A DNA stretch of 64,000 nt from Vitrella brassicaformis CCMP3155. Taxonomy: Eukaryota; Protista; Chromerida. The notes below the pieces were generated by a model that saw only the letters and a list, made by a program, of their open reading frames with translations, searched no databases and was not told the origin of the DNA. Below are positions 22,101-34,789 of this stretch, piece by piece; position 1 is the stretch's first letter; every line of letters begins with the position of its first letter. The stretch covers positions 1 to 64,000 of the forward strand of contig CDMY01001000.1 in the NCBI GenBank assembly GCA_001179505.1, in the 5' to 3' direction. A program made the position numbers and the translations under genes.

Positions 22101-23174
22101 GAGCTGTGGATCCTCCTTCAACATCCACTCCACCACATCGACATGACCCCAGCCTGCAAAAGAGCGAAGAGAGACATGTTGAAGACCCTTGTACTTGTGT
22201 TGTCGTCATTTGATGGAGTCACTGACCTGCTGCCTCATGAAGAGGCGTGTCGCCATGCTACAGACACAGCATGAAGGCAGGAGTGAAGACATCGGTTGAC
22301 TAATGGGCAGAATGAGTGCAATTGTCGAGGAAGATACCCAGCTTTTCAGGCTGAGGAGGTGGTGCCGGTTGTCCAGCAGCACCTCAAACACCTCAACATC
22401 CTTACACTCCCCTGAGGAGCACAAAGATAGGGGGCACGCCATCATCTGTGTGTTGTGGTGCGACGAGGCGTACGTGCGGCGTCATGGATGGCAGACCCAT
22501 ACCACCACTCTCCTCCAGTCGTCAGCGCTTTCTCGGTTTGCTCAGGCGACAGACCGACGAGGGCCTTCCGCAGGCCCTCCACATCCGACTGATCGATGGC
22601 CTTCTTGATGAGGTCTCTCAGTGCTCCCGTCGGTCCCCGATCGTCGGCGGGCGGGGCACCCACCAACGGGACCTGCAGATGACACACAGACGTCCGAGAG
22701 GCCTCAGAGTCGACTGACACCAACACACCTGCTCGAAGCGTCTCGGTGCCCTGGTGATGTCATCGGTGACGTCGGGCAGCTGGGGCTCCATCAGCCCTTG
22801 TCCATCGTCCAGCAGCAGAGGAATGTGCTCACTCGAGGCCGACGCCATCTGCAGTGGACAGACGCACACAGACACCACTCGTCAGAGGCAGGCGCTGGTC
22901 ATTGTGCAGATGTGCCACAAGGGCATTGCAAGGTGTCCTTGGGATGGTCTGTCTGTGTGTGGTGGATGGCCTGCTGTTCGGCAGCGTCGCCCTCGTCCAC
23001 TCTCGGCAGCTGGATGTAGCACGCCTCCTCAACACCACTGGGGCGTCTGTCGCCGTCTCTCACACTGTCGGCCTCCTGGCCCTGCGCGCGTGGGGTGCGC
23101 TGCGTGTGCAACAAACCCCACATCTTCGCCACACGGGCTCCCCGAGACGCCCGGCCCCCCCTCCCCGCCCCCAC
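19117..23174 (-). CDS. Ankyrin-repeat TRP-like cation channel, multi-exon (start uncertain: 22848, or an upstream exon to ~23174)
   Basis: Ankyrin motifs HGDTPLHEAA, HVDVVEWML and TPLDFAL...KLLERGA. Transmembrane segments, then TVGPLILSV, RMFSDISMFL, pore/S6 ...ILSSIIL|LNLLIAIM|STY, RLPPPLNL and a C-terminal coiled coil (EQMEKQMDKRLTALETYIKEKIK*). Confidence 0.8.
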
Positions 23175-24011
23175 ATGATGGCCAGGATTTGCTTCGATGA
23201 ATTCGAATTCAAATTTCGTTCGTCACACACGGCGTGATACCACAGACAGGCATTGACCAAATTGACCACACAGCAACTCAGTGCGCTCGATGAGTCGACA
23301 TGTACGCAGGCAGAGAGAGCAGAGGCAGGCGCACACAGACATGATGAGAGTCCCCCTCCCTTTTGCAAGAGAGCACGACAGACAGCAATCAACACACTCA
23401 CGGCTCCATCACGACAGGCCGACCGCTACAAGACAACGGGTGGAGAAGCAACACACATACACACAGAGAGGGGCTGTCAGTGGCCGACTGACCGATAAAC
23501 CAGCCACGCAGAGCACATCACTCGATCGATGAAGAAGTGTGTCGTTACCCTCCACTGCGCACATGATGCACAATACATCGGTCCTCCACATCGGCACATC
23601 ACATTCATGGACGCTCAATGACATGAACGCACCATAGATACACCACATAGGCCCACCAACAACCGTTCCGCGCTCACGCACCAGGCATCCACTGAGTCAT
23701 TCGTGAGGCTTTTTTTTTCACACGCACACGCACGCAGACACACATCGAGAGACACGAGCACGCCGACAGCGCACACACACAGCTTACGGGAGGACGAAGG
23801 CAGGCCCGAAAATAGCGTTGCCATGTGAAGCAGAAGGGAGCGCAAGAACAACTCATCGAGAATGTGCCCTGTGCAGGAAAATAACAGAAGGTCAGATAGC
23901 ACCAGGAAGAAAAGCTACTGAAAGAACGGCGAAAGAGCTAGTAAGAAGCACGCAACGATGGTGTGTTCGTTCAGCCAAGTGCAGTGCAGTGCAGTGCAAG
24001 CCGCACGTGCC

Positions 24012-25214
24012 TTACTCTATCCCCAACACCTCCATCTCAACGTATTCTGTGGAGGGGGGTTTGGAGCCTGCGCCGTCCCGAAGTATAATTGCTCGCCTCA
24101 CCTCCCCAACGCGCATCTCCGGCAGAAGCTTTTCTGCTTCTTCGTACCCGGTGTCGTGTTGTGCCCAGGTCACATTATCATACTGAGATATCAGATCGCC
24201 CACTTTCACTGGCCGCCAAGCAGCATTCACTTTAGCTTTTGGCCTAGTTTCGTCACCGGGGAAGCCCCGCCGCCATTCCGTAAACCTGTAGCGGATGACA
24301 TTGTTCTGCGTTGCAGCCGCCCCAGTGCCGGGCTTGACCACTTGGTACAGCAGCTTCAACGAGGGAGACCAGATGAATGTCCTGTTGACAAGTTCGTCGG
24401 CCGGTCGACGTGTCGCATCCGCACATCCGTCCAACCTGAAAGAAAACAAGAAACAAACTTGACGGCAATCAAGCAGCCACGACGGCTGCATGCATGACAT
24501 TGTATTCACTCTCACATTTTGTCCCACGTCGTGTTGGCATACACATCGCCAAGAAGTTGGACCTCGTCAAAATGCTCCTCGAGAATGGGCCGCCACTGGC
24601 CGTCGACTTCCATTATGTAGCCTCCCTGACCATCAAGTTCCTCACCATCAAGGTGGACGCAACGACCGTCGAGGACACCCACAGCCTTCCCCGCAGGCTT
24701 CAGCTGACCATCACTGACACGAGAAACACAGCGAAGGTGCGGTTGCGCGAGCATCTTGAGGTTGTTACCTGACTTCCGGCACACCCCGTGTGAATTTGAC
24801 GTCGGCAAATCTTTTGATGTCTTTCCAGCAGCTCGACCGGATCGGCCGGCGAAGGCCCTCCGCCTCTATCTGATGGCAATCATCGCTGTCGAAGTATACA
24901 AAGCAACCTTGGAGCAACCCAATCGCCTTGTCAGTCGCTCGCATCGTCAGAGCCACCCCTGGAACCACACACAGCCACGGACAGCAGTCGAGTTCCCCCT
25001 CCTTTATGTACACACTCAGAGTCCCATGGCATTGCTCACTTGACGCTGGGTTCCTTCTTGCCCTCAGCAGTCTGTTCACACGGCTCGGGCGAGAGATCTT
25101 GGACAGATCTGCTACAAGGAAGCCACCAGATGAACGGAGAGGGGCGAGATGACGCCCTTCTCCCATATGTCCCAGGGCCGCAGCAACGATAGCAAGCCAC
25201 AAAGCCATCATCAT
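24012..25214 (-). CDS. Family gene C: signal peptide + two N-modules + more divergent FKBP-like domain
   Basis: MMMALWLAIVAAALG...KAIGLLQGCFVYFD...FADV, phase-2 intron, KAVGVLDGRCVHLD...DGQGGYIMEVDGQWRPI...LGDV, phase-2 intron, LLYQVVKPGTGAAATQNNVIRY...EMRVGEVRRAII...VEMEVLGIE*. Confidence 0.75.
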
Positions 25215-25426
25215 GAGCACGTCGAGACGTTCTTTCGCAGGTTTGATGAATTTGATGGCTCCACAGAGACGAATGATGCTCCTCACTGCGCTCTTCGTCC
25301 GAAAACAGTACCTTCACCGTGGGAGTGGGTCGACAATCCACTGGTAGCTCGCAAAATTGTGTCGTTCCTTGATGAAGACGCGTTGTTGTGAAGACAGCCG
25401 CTGATCTGGCTGCTGCCTGTCGAATC

Positions 25427-28400
25427 ATGCTGACTCGGTTATCCACTCCCGCGTTGCGCCACTGGCCGACGCTTCGCAGCTCTGTTTCATCGGCATGCCT
25501 GCCTCATCAGCACGCCCGTCCCCCCGTCCACTGCTCCCTCACATCAGCCCATCGGTCCTTCGCCGGACGGCGGAAAGGCGGCGACCACAAGAGGTGGCAC
25601 AGACACGCAGAGCACGCAGCGGAGGAAGGTGAAGCGGCAGATGGATCAGCGGCGGGCGGTGCCGGTGCGGCAGAAGCAGCTAGTGGGGAGTCGGCTAGGG
25701 CAGAGGGAGAGGGATCTGCGGATTCTGGCGGCGCGAGCCACGTTCCGTCGGTCATCCGTGGAGTGCCTCATTTCCCGCAGTTGTTTGCGGTGCCTCTGTT
25801 CCGGAAGCCGGCGTTTCCCGGGTTTTATCAGATTCTGCAGGTGCAGGACAAGGAGGTGGTGGACTTCCTGCTCGACCTCAGGAAGAAGGGGCAGGAGTTC
25901 GTCGGGGCGTTCCTCACTAAGGTGAGTGGGGGACGGAAGGAGCCGATTGATGAGTGGATCTGAGGGATAGTGGTTTGCCATCTGTCTGTGTGTGTGTCTT
26001 TGTCTTTAGGAGGAGCCCAAGTCTGATGATGAAGAGACCTACGTGGCCACACTCAGAGTCGACGCAGGTGCATGGACGGCCAGACAGACAGACATGCACA
26101 TTGAGGGGCCTATTCCACGTGTGTGTGGGTGGGTGTGCAGGGAAGGTGGCCAAGATCGAGGACATGTACGACACGGGGTCGATCATCCACGTGCTCAACT
26201 TCGTGCCGCACCAGAACTCCCAGGGTGGGCAGCTGATCGTCATGCCGCACAAGCGCATCCGGATGCTGGGGCCCACCGACATGGACCAGAAGAGCAACGT
26301 CCTCTGGAATGTTAAGGTCGAGTACCTGCAGGACGAGATGATCAAATTCGAGAAAAACACCACACTCAAGGTCAGTGAGTGACACACAGCGAGACAGACA
26401 CACACATACACATGGCGCTCATTGCGTTGTGTTCGTCAGGCGCTGCATCATGAGATCGTGGCCACGTTGAAGGAGCTGTTGAGGACGTCATACTTCTACA
26501 AGGAGCACTTCGAATCGGTCAGCCGTGCAGATCTGCACACAACACGTGTGTATCCACGCACACACACTCTCTGTCCCTCCCTTCGTGTGTGTTATCCATT
26601 CATCCATCAGGTGATTCGCTTCTACAACCTCGACTACCCAGCTAAGCTGGCTGATCTCGTGGCGGGCATCTCCATGGCCAAGAGAGAGGAACTGCAAAAC
26701 GTCCTCGCAGTGAGTCGTCAAGGCCAAGGCCATACACTCACACACGCACACGACAGATGGTTCCACACCCAGCACACACAGTCATGACGTCCATGTGCGA
26801 GTGTGTGTGCAGGAGGAGAACATCGAGCAGCGTCTGAGTCTGGTGCTCGAGATCGCAAAGAAAGACCTGGAGTTCGCAAAACTACAGGTACGCCCTCACA
26901 CAGAGACATAAAACACCTTTCCCAGATGCACTCACTGGTCTGTCTGTCTGTGTGTGTGTGTGTGTGTTGTGTGCGTGGCTTTGACTGCAGTCCCAGGTGC
27001 GTGCCCAGGTTGAGGAGAAGATCTCCAAGGAGCAGCGCAAGTACCTCCTCATGGAGCAGCTCAAGTCGATCAAGAGAGAGCTGGGGCTCGAGAAAGACGA
27101 CAAGGAAACCATCATACAGGTACGTACACAACACCCACCACTTGACTAACACAGACGGATCGACCGATGCGTGTGTGTGTTGGTCAGGGCTTCCATGACG
27201 CCATCAAAGACAAGACCGTCCCTGAGGAGGCCAAGAAGGTCAGCAATGCACCGACGCACATTCTCGCGTCACACACATGCCTTCGTGTGTTCATCTACAG
27301 GTGATAGACCACGAGCTGTCCCGCCTGTCGTCCCTGGAGATGTCGTCGAGTGAGTTCAACGTGTGCCGCACCTACCTCGAGTGGCTGACCAGCCTGCCAT
27401 GGGGACACCACACCGACGACAACCAAGACATCAAAAAGGCCGAGGTGAGAGCGGAAGTCGCCGACCGACGGCACACACGTACTGGTGTTTGATGATGTGG
27501 TGTGTGCAGCAAATCTTGAACGAGGACCATTACGGCCTGCAGGACGTCAAGGATCGCATTCTCGAGTTCATGGTGACGCATGACACACAACACACAGACG
27601 CGCCAGACGTCATTCTATGCGCTCCCTCCCTCTGTCTATCTGTGTGTCTGTCAGGCGGTGAATGTGCTTAAAGGCGACGTGCAGGGCAAGATTATGTGTC
27701 TGGTGGGCCCCCCTGGCGTCGGTAAGACGTCCATCGGCCGGTCCGTGGCGCGAGCCCTCGACCGCAAGTTCTACCGCTTCTCGCTGGGCGGGCTCTTCGA
27801 CGTGGCCGAGCTGAGAGGACACAGACGCACATACGTGGGCGCCATGCCCGGCAAGCTCATCCAGGTGGGTGGGGGATAATGGACCGGAGTTTCGTACGTC
27901 TGATGGTGTCCCTGTGTGTCGTGCAGGCGTTGAAGGCCAGCGGTTCGTGCAACCCCGTGATTCTGCTCGATGAAGTCGACAAACTGGTCAGTCGGTCGGT
28001 CGGGCGCCCTTTGTCATGGATATATGGATGCGATGGATGCGCTCTTTGTCATGATGGCTTGCAGGGTCGTGATTTCCGCGGCGATCCCGCCTCTGCGTTG
28101 CTTGAGATTCTGGACCCCAGCCAAAACAACACGTTCAGGTAACCGCACAGACAGATAGACAGAAATGTACACATTGCGAGTGTTGGTGAGTTTGGTGTGT
28201 GTATGTGTGTGTAGGGATCACTACATGGACGTGCCTGTGGACCTGTCAAAGGTGCTCTTCCTCTGCACGGCCAACACGTCAGACACAATACCCGGTACGC
28301 ACTCACCACACAAACCATCACAGACTCACAGACGTGCGGCCGCATCGATGGGGGGGGCCCTTCTTTCCGTCTCAGCTCCTCTGCTTGACCGTCTTGAGAT

Positions 28401-30016
28401 CATCCGTATCGCCGGATACGTCTTCCAAGTAACCAATCAATCAAACACACATGCCCCACACGCCAGACCATCCAACCACACCTCCGTCTGTTGATCGATT
28501 CTTCGTTCAGGAGAAGATGGCCATTGCCAATGAGTATCTGATCCCCCAGACGGCCACCGCGACCGGCCTGAAAGACGACCAGATAGAGGTGCCGCAGAAC
28601 GTCATCTCGCGACTCGTCAGGGACTACGCGCGAGAGGCAGGTGTGCGCAACCTCCTCAAGCTCATCGAAAAGGTCTACAGGAAAGCCGCCCTCAAAATCG
28701 TCAAGTGAGTCACAGCACAGTGGCTGCAACATCACCACACACACAGAGGCAGGCGGACAGGATGGTGTGTGGTGCGTGTTGGCTGTCATGACAGGGACGG
28801 TGAGGAGATGGTCAAGGTGGCTTTGGACAACCTGGTCAAATTTGTGGGGCAGCCCACGTTCTTCTCTGACAGGCTATATGAGGAAACACCGCCAGGTCAG
28901 CCTCCCCCCTCCCCCTCTGCCCCTCCTCGACAATGCACATTCTCTCTCCATCTGTCTGTCTGTCTGTCTGTCTGACCTCAGGGGTCGTGATGGGTCTGGC
29001 GTGGACTCAGCTGGGCGGCGCGACGCTCTATGTGGAGGCCACTGGTCGGCTCAAGAAGGACATCAGGGGGGGAGAGGTGCCCGTAAACACTCAGCCTGAC
29101 GAGGCCATCGAGGCAAGCGACGAGAAGGAGTCAGACGAGGGCGAAGAACGAGAAACCGACAAACCCAAAAAGAGGTTAGACACGGACAGACAGGTGGTGT
29201 GATGCATTCCATCCATCCCTCCATCCATCGGTCTCACGTGTTGCTCTGTGTGTGCGCCAGGCCACCATCTGACGACGAGACTCCTGACTCATCGATGGGC
29301 GGTCCCTTCAAGGTGACCGGCCAGCTGGGCAGCGTCATGAGCGAGAGCTCCCAGATCGCCCTCACCTTCACCCGCAACTTCGTCAAGACCATCGACCCCA
29401 AGAACAGCTTCCTGGACCAGGCGACGATCCACCTGCACGTGCCCGAGGGCGCCACGCCAAAGGACGGCCCTTCGGCGGGCATCACCATGGCGACGGCACT
29501 CGTGTCCCTGGCCGTCAACAAGCCGGTTGTGAGGGATTTGGCCATGACGGGGGAGCTGACGCTGACGGGGCGGGTGCTGCGGATCGGCGGCGTCAAGGAG
29601 AAAGTCATCGCTGCACGGAGAGAAAACGCCCGGGTGAGTGGGCGAGAGAGAGGGGGGGAGGGAAGGAGGGAGGGAGCGTGTGACAGAGCATCTCATGGAT
29701 GGATGGATGTGTGTGTGTGGCAGATACTGTTGTTCCCTCTGGACAACAAGAAGGACTACGACGAGCTGGCCGACTACATCAAGGTAAGGTGCACACACAC
29801 GCACACGCCGACAGTTTGAGATCCACGTGTTCATTCATTTGTTTATTGCAGGAGGGTCTGCACGTGTTCTTCGTGTCCCACTACCGGGATGTGTATAACT
29901 ATGCCTTTGGGCTGGCCGACGAGGTGCGCAACCTCCCCGCACGAGAAGCCCCACTTCCAGAGGCGCACAGCGCAAATGAGCTGCCCATCCCGGCCGCCGC
30001 TGCCAACGCCGCATAG
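25427..30016 (+). CDS. LONP1: Mitochondrial Lon protease (LONP1/PIM1 type), about 19 exons
   Basis: Transit-peptide-like [13 protein letters not shown]..., then [34 protein letters not shown], Walker [26 protein letters not shown], Walker [35 protein letters not shown] (Ser) and IGGVKEK (Lys). Confidence 0.97.
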
Positions 30017-30577
30017 GCACACACTCGCTGCCGCCTTTTTGCCTTCCTGTGAATACGGTGCACACAATGAGTCATGAATACTTCTGTCTGTCTGTCTGTC
30101 CGTCTGTCCGTCTGTGTGTCATGGCGAGTGTGGTTGAGCCTTTATGATGCCGGGCCGGGTGGAAGCCAGCCGGCCACATGGATGGCATGCTGTGGCTGGA
30201 TGCGTTCATTCCTTCGTTGCGTGCCTTGGTGTGGTGTGAATGTGTGGGCCAGTGACGTACGTGTACATGAGTGAATGCCTCCCTGTCTGTCTGTCTGTCT
30301 GCCTTGGTGATCGACTCGACGCTGACTTGCCTGCCTGCCTGCCTTGATGTACAGAACAGACACAGTCTGAATGAAATGAATGTATGAAACTGATCCGATC
30401 CACACTGCTGGCAATCTAATCTGCCGACGATCTGCCATCTGCCGACACAGTCAGTGTGTGGGTGTGGGTGTGTGGGTGGTGTGGGTGTGTCTGCCAGGAG
30501 CGGCAGCAGACAACTAATACGACTGTAAGCCAGTGGGTGCATGAGGGAGACATGAGACCGGACATCTGCGCCAATGG

Positions 30578-31021
30578 ATGCCTGTCTGTCTGTCTGTCTG
30601 TCAGTCAGTCAGAGAGGGCGGCCGTGGCGAGGCCATCGAGAAGGAGGCGCAGCGTGTGTGTCGGTCGAGTGACGGTGCCGTCACGCAGCAAGTCCGTCCT
30701 CGGCGAGAAGGGAAGGAACAGCTCACCCAGCACCTGGCCGCACTCAGGGCACAGAACGGTAGGTACGCCTTCCACGCCTTTCATGTGTGTGTGCCTGCAC
30801 TCACTCACGCTGCTTGCCTTCCTTCAGATGAGTACTTATATATTGTCGCCGTCTGGCTGCGCTTGCTACGTTCGAGAAGGATTGAGGACAAGCGGCAGGT
30901 GGAGACAGCGATAAGGACGATAGCTAAGGGGCGGAGCTTCGGAGCGGGCAGCAGCTTACTGATATGTACACAGTCTCATCGGTGTTGGTGTTGGTGTGCT
31001 ACACACTTTGCGAGCAACTGA
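30578..31021 (+). CDS. Possible small hypothetical gene or fragment
   Basis: Coding-like blocks EAIEKEAQRVCRSSDG...QLTQHLAALRAQN|DEYLYIVAVWLRLLRSRRIEDKRQVETAIRTIAKG. Start not established. Confidence 0.3.
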   Translation: MPVCLSVCQSVREGGRGEAIEKEAQRVCRSSDGAVTQQVRPRREGKEQLTQHLAALRAQNGRYAFHAFHVCVPALTHAACLPSDEYLYIVAVWLRLLRSRRIEDKRQVETAIRTIAKGRSFGAGSSLLICTQSHRCWCWCATHFASN

Positions 31022-31405
31022 CTGCTTGCAGCTCAATAAATTGTGCAGTCGGCTGACTGTGGACGCGAGTGAATGCAATGCAGTAAGCGTGTCGAAAGGT
31101 CCGGCAATTACTTAGTGTCCCATTGATTGATTGCGGCCGGTCAGTCAGTCAATCAATTGAGTCATGTCAGGCAGACAGGCAGCCAGGATCACAGATATCG
31201 TCCGCACCCTCTCTCTCAACCACAGCCAGTCTCATGCCAATCTATCTAATGGGCTGCCTGCGTGGCTGGCTTGTAGGCATGGTCAGTCTATGCCTTGCTG
31301 TTTGCCGCCCCCTCGCGTGTGCCGTGCCTGTGTGTGCCTGCAGTGGATGGATTGTCGTCAGCTACCTAAGGAGGGAGAGAGGGAGGCCGTCTGCTCCTCT
31401 CTCTC

Positions 31406-32473
31406 TCAACGCTCGGAAGGCAGCTTAAAGTCTGATGGATGGATAAACACACAGAAATCACTGTGAGTGGCTGTGAACGTACGTGAAAGACACGTGAAAG
31501 ACACACACGTACCTTTGTCCCCGGGAAAAGAGACGGTGAATATCTGGTTGAGCATCGACCCTTTCTCGGCGGGCGGAGAGTACCTTACCCCCAGGCCCTT
31601 CACCTTAAGATCCACCATACACGGTGGTTTTCTACACAGGTCTTTGACGGTGATTTTCTATACACACACACACACACACACGCGAAGAGAGAGAGAGAGA
31701 GTGTACATCACTCACTCGACACTTGCTCGCCACACATCACTTTCAATATTTATTTATGATGTTCTGTAGGTGCGTGTTGTGATTGGAGACTTACTGGGTT
31801 GGCAGTCATGCAGAAGTGTCCGTCGCCCTCGGCAAGTGTGTGCAGGAGTTCCTTCGCGCAGACCGACTTGGCGTCATCCTCGCTCTTGCAAGTGCCCTGC
31901 ACACACACAGACACACACACACACACACATAAACGTATAAATGCCCATTTTCATCCATTTATCCATACACTCACTCACCTTGCCGATGGCTTTCGTCGGC
32001 CATTTGTCATTGTCGGTGTCGACATATGCCTTGTTGACCACGCACACCTTCCCCTTGCCGCAGGCGCTCATATACCCGTGATACCCCTGGCCGCTCATGC
32101 TCCAGTAGCGGTAGATGTCAAAGATAATCGTAAAATCCAGGCCCCAGGGTGCCAGTTGCTCCTCTGTCTTCTCTATGGGCTCTTCGGGCTTGAAGACTAC
32201 CTCGCACCCGAAAAGAGCATCTTGGAAGATGGGAAACACCCACCATGGATGTCGCCGTACTGTACAGTAAGTACAGTGCCACCTTCTACGTGTGTGCATA
32301 CCCGTGTTGGCCAGCCCCTGCATGGTCGTGGCCATGTGCTCGATGGCCGTCACGGCATGGCCACTCGCCGTGAGGGCCTTGCCGCTCGCCGTGTGTGCGG
32401 CCTGGGCGATGCGCTTGGCCTCGCCGAGTGCCGCCTGCAGATGGGCAGCCGACGAAGTCCCGCCTGCAGCCAT
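31406..32473 (-). CDS. Hypothetical multi-exon protein with a weak dsRBD-like segment
   Basis: Exons join in frame: ...HPWWVFPIFQDALFG...KAIGK|GTCKSEDDAKSVCAKELLHTL...NP|KITVKDLCRKPPC...FTVSFPGDK|DFKLPSER*. Confidence 0.55.
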
Positions 32474-32786
32474 CACACACACACGTCCATCACATCCATC
32501 TTTCCATGGCTCTTTTGGGAAGATCTGACCCACCATGTTTCTCGATGAAGGCGCTTTTCTCCTCAGAGAGCGGGCATGAGGCATCCCGCCCTGCCTCGCC
32601 CACACAACAACAGCACGTCCATTCGCACCAAAGATCAGGAATGCACCAGATCAACGCGTGTATGTATCGGCGTAAAGGGCTTTCCTGCGCCTACCGATGC
32701 ATCCGCCCGGCTGTGGTTGGTCACTGGCCGTCTGGACGGTCCCGCAAAGGCCCATCAAAAGCGCCAAAATCACGGCCATCGACACC

Positions 32787-33568
32787 ATGGTGCTTGTGGG
32801 TGCTGGGGTGGGCGGCAAAATAAGAGCGCAGGAAACGCGAGGACTGGACGAGACCAACCCAAAAATCGACCCGAAGGGAATTTACCATGCGCCCCGCAAA
32901 GATCCGCCGTTCATGTTCTCAAGAATTGAGAAAGGTCAACCTGCCCAAACCCTGTCACCCAAACCCTACTTGAATCGTTCCCCCTACCTCTCTCTTCACA
33001 CAGACGAGATGGATACATACGAGTGGGATCCCAAGCACAATCGTATGACCATCTGCTTCGACAACCACGAGTGAGTCACCTGCACACCAAACACGCGTGT
33101 CTGTTGCATGATCCTGATCTGGCTTCCCTCGTGTGTGTCAGGCCGTCTGCGGGCACCAAGCGACGACGTCCACACGACCAGCAGCAGAACGACGACACGC
33201 CGCCACCACCATCACCACAACCAACAGCAACAGCACGTGAGAGAGCCACGGCCACCAACGGCAGCAGCGTCTGTGAGGGCTTCCCTCGGCACGACAATGG
33301 CCTATATCATCAAGTGTGGCGAGTGAGCAGGGGGCGCCGACCAGTCGGCAGTCAGCTCGTGAGGTACGACATGGAATGCTGGACTGACGGCTTCGATGGC
33401 CTCTACAAGACAGTCGACAACAAGGGGGTGCTGCGCCCTTTGTCTGAGTGTCCTGAGTGGGTTCGGGCGACTCTCACTGAAATGCGTGTGTGTGAGGTCC
33501 GGCGGGTCATCATGCCGGGCACACACGGGGTGCGCTTCTACCAGATCAATCTGCTTGAGATTCGGTGA
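32787..33568 (+). CDS. Family gene D: unrelated N-terminus + KRRR linker + degenerate FKBP-like domain; possible extra exon 33641-33788
   Basis: ...TICFDNHE, phase-2 intron, PSAGTKRRRPHDQQQ...LYHQVWRVSRGRRPVGSQLVRYDMECWTDGFDG...EWVRATLTEMRVCEVRRVIMP...QINLLEIR. Confidence 0.7.
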
Positions 33569-34789
33569 GGCCCTCTCAGCGGCTGTGGGGTGTTCTCAGT
33601 GAGCTGTGCATTCTGATCCGCTTCCTCTGTTGTGTGTCAGGTCAGGTGGCGGCTCCAAGAAGCGACGTCACGGCCGGCACGGCGGGCCACACTCACACTC
33701 ACGCCCACCAGCCAGTGAAGAAGAAGAGGACGAAGATGCAGCTACGGTGTTGAGCACCAGGGCCAGCGGCTCCATCCGCAGCTGGTGAACGTGTTGGTGA
33801 ATTACTGCGGCTGCTGGCTGTTTGTTGATGGAGATGTACCTATGGTGGACGATCTGTGTGGTGGGCGTGAGTGACGGGGAGGGGTCCCGAGGGCTGACCG
33901 CATGATGGGCGGACATTCACACACATACTCACACACATGTGGGTGTCACGTCACTGAATGTTTCTTCACGGATGCGTCTAAGTGGGCCTCGCCATCTGTC
34001 TGTGTGTGGTTTTTCTGTCATCTGTCTGGTTTCCTGTCGGCTGTGGGTGGGTGAGTGTTCTCTGTGTGGCCCATTCGGCCCTGACTGTCTCTGTGGTTGC
34101 GCAGAGCACAGTCAGGGCCGATGTGTGTGTGTGTGTGTGTGCCCTGTCTGCCTGCATGTGGAATCGGTTTTTTCTGTCAATGGTCGAGGCGAATGAGCGT
34201 TTTTTGCGAGGACACGAGTCGGTCTCGTGGGCATGGCAGTTTTTCTGCGGTGTCGAGAATGTCTTTTGTGTTTCGGTGTGCCATATGCATCTGGATTTCT
34301 CTGCGTTTGTTCCACGTTTATGAGGCGGTCTGTCTGGGGTGGGTCGCTCAATAAAGGCGACCGGCCTGTGTGAGTGAGTGTGTGTATTTGTGCGTTTGAT
34401 TGCCATGATGGATGGATGGGCAAGCGAATGAGACACTCACTTCTTTCTTTCGTCAAGCTTGACATGCTGCGCAACCGTCGTCTCAGACACCACACCCCCA
34501 ACACACACCACCCACTGGACGAGCCAATGAGTGCAGCTAGGGTGGGTGGTCTGGTGGATCGCTGAATAGAGGGGCCGTGTGAGCTAATGCGCATAATTGT
34601 TTGTGGGGGTGTGTTGCCACATGTGGATGAATGAGACACTCGCACCTTGATCAACTCTCACACACCACAGTCAAACACCACTGAATTGAGTGAATGTCTG
34701 TCTGTCTGTCTTCACTCACAGATAGATGCGCGACATAAGGCTCCCTTAAGCCACTGTGTGCCAGTGCACATGGCATAAGTCGCCTAGGG

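Noticed and set aside
31530-31590. IWLSIDPF on the + strand resembling an RHS-core motif
   Set aside because: It is the antisense of an in-frame exon of the - strand gene 31406-32473, and there are no YD repeats.
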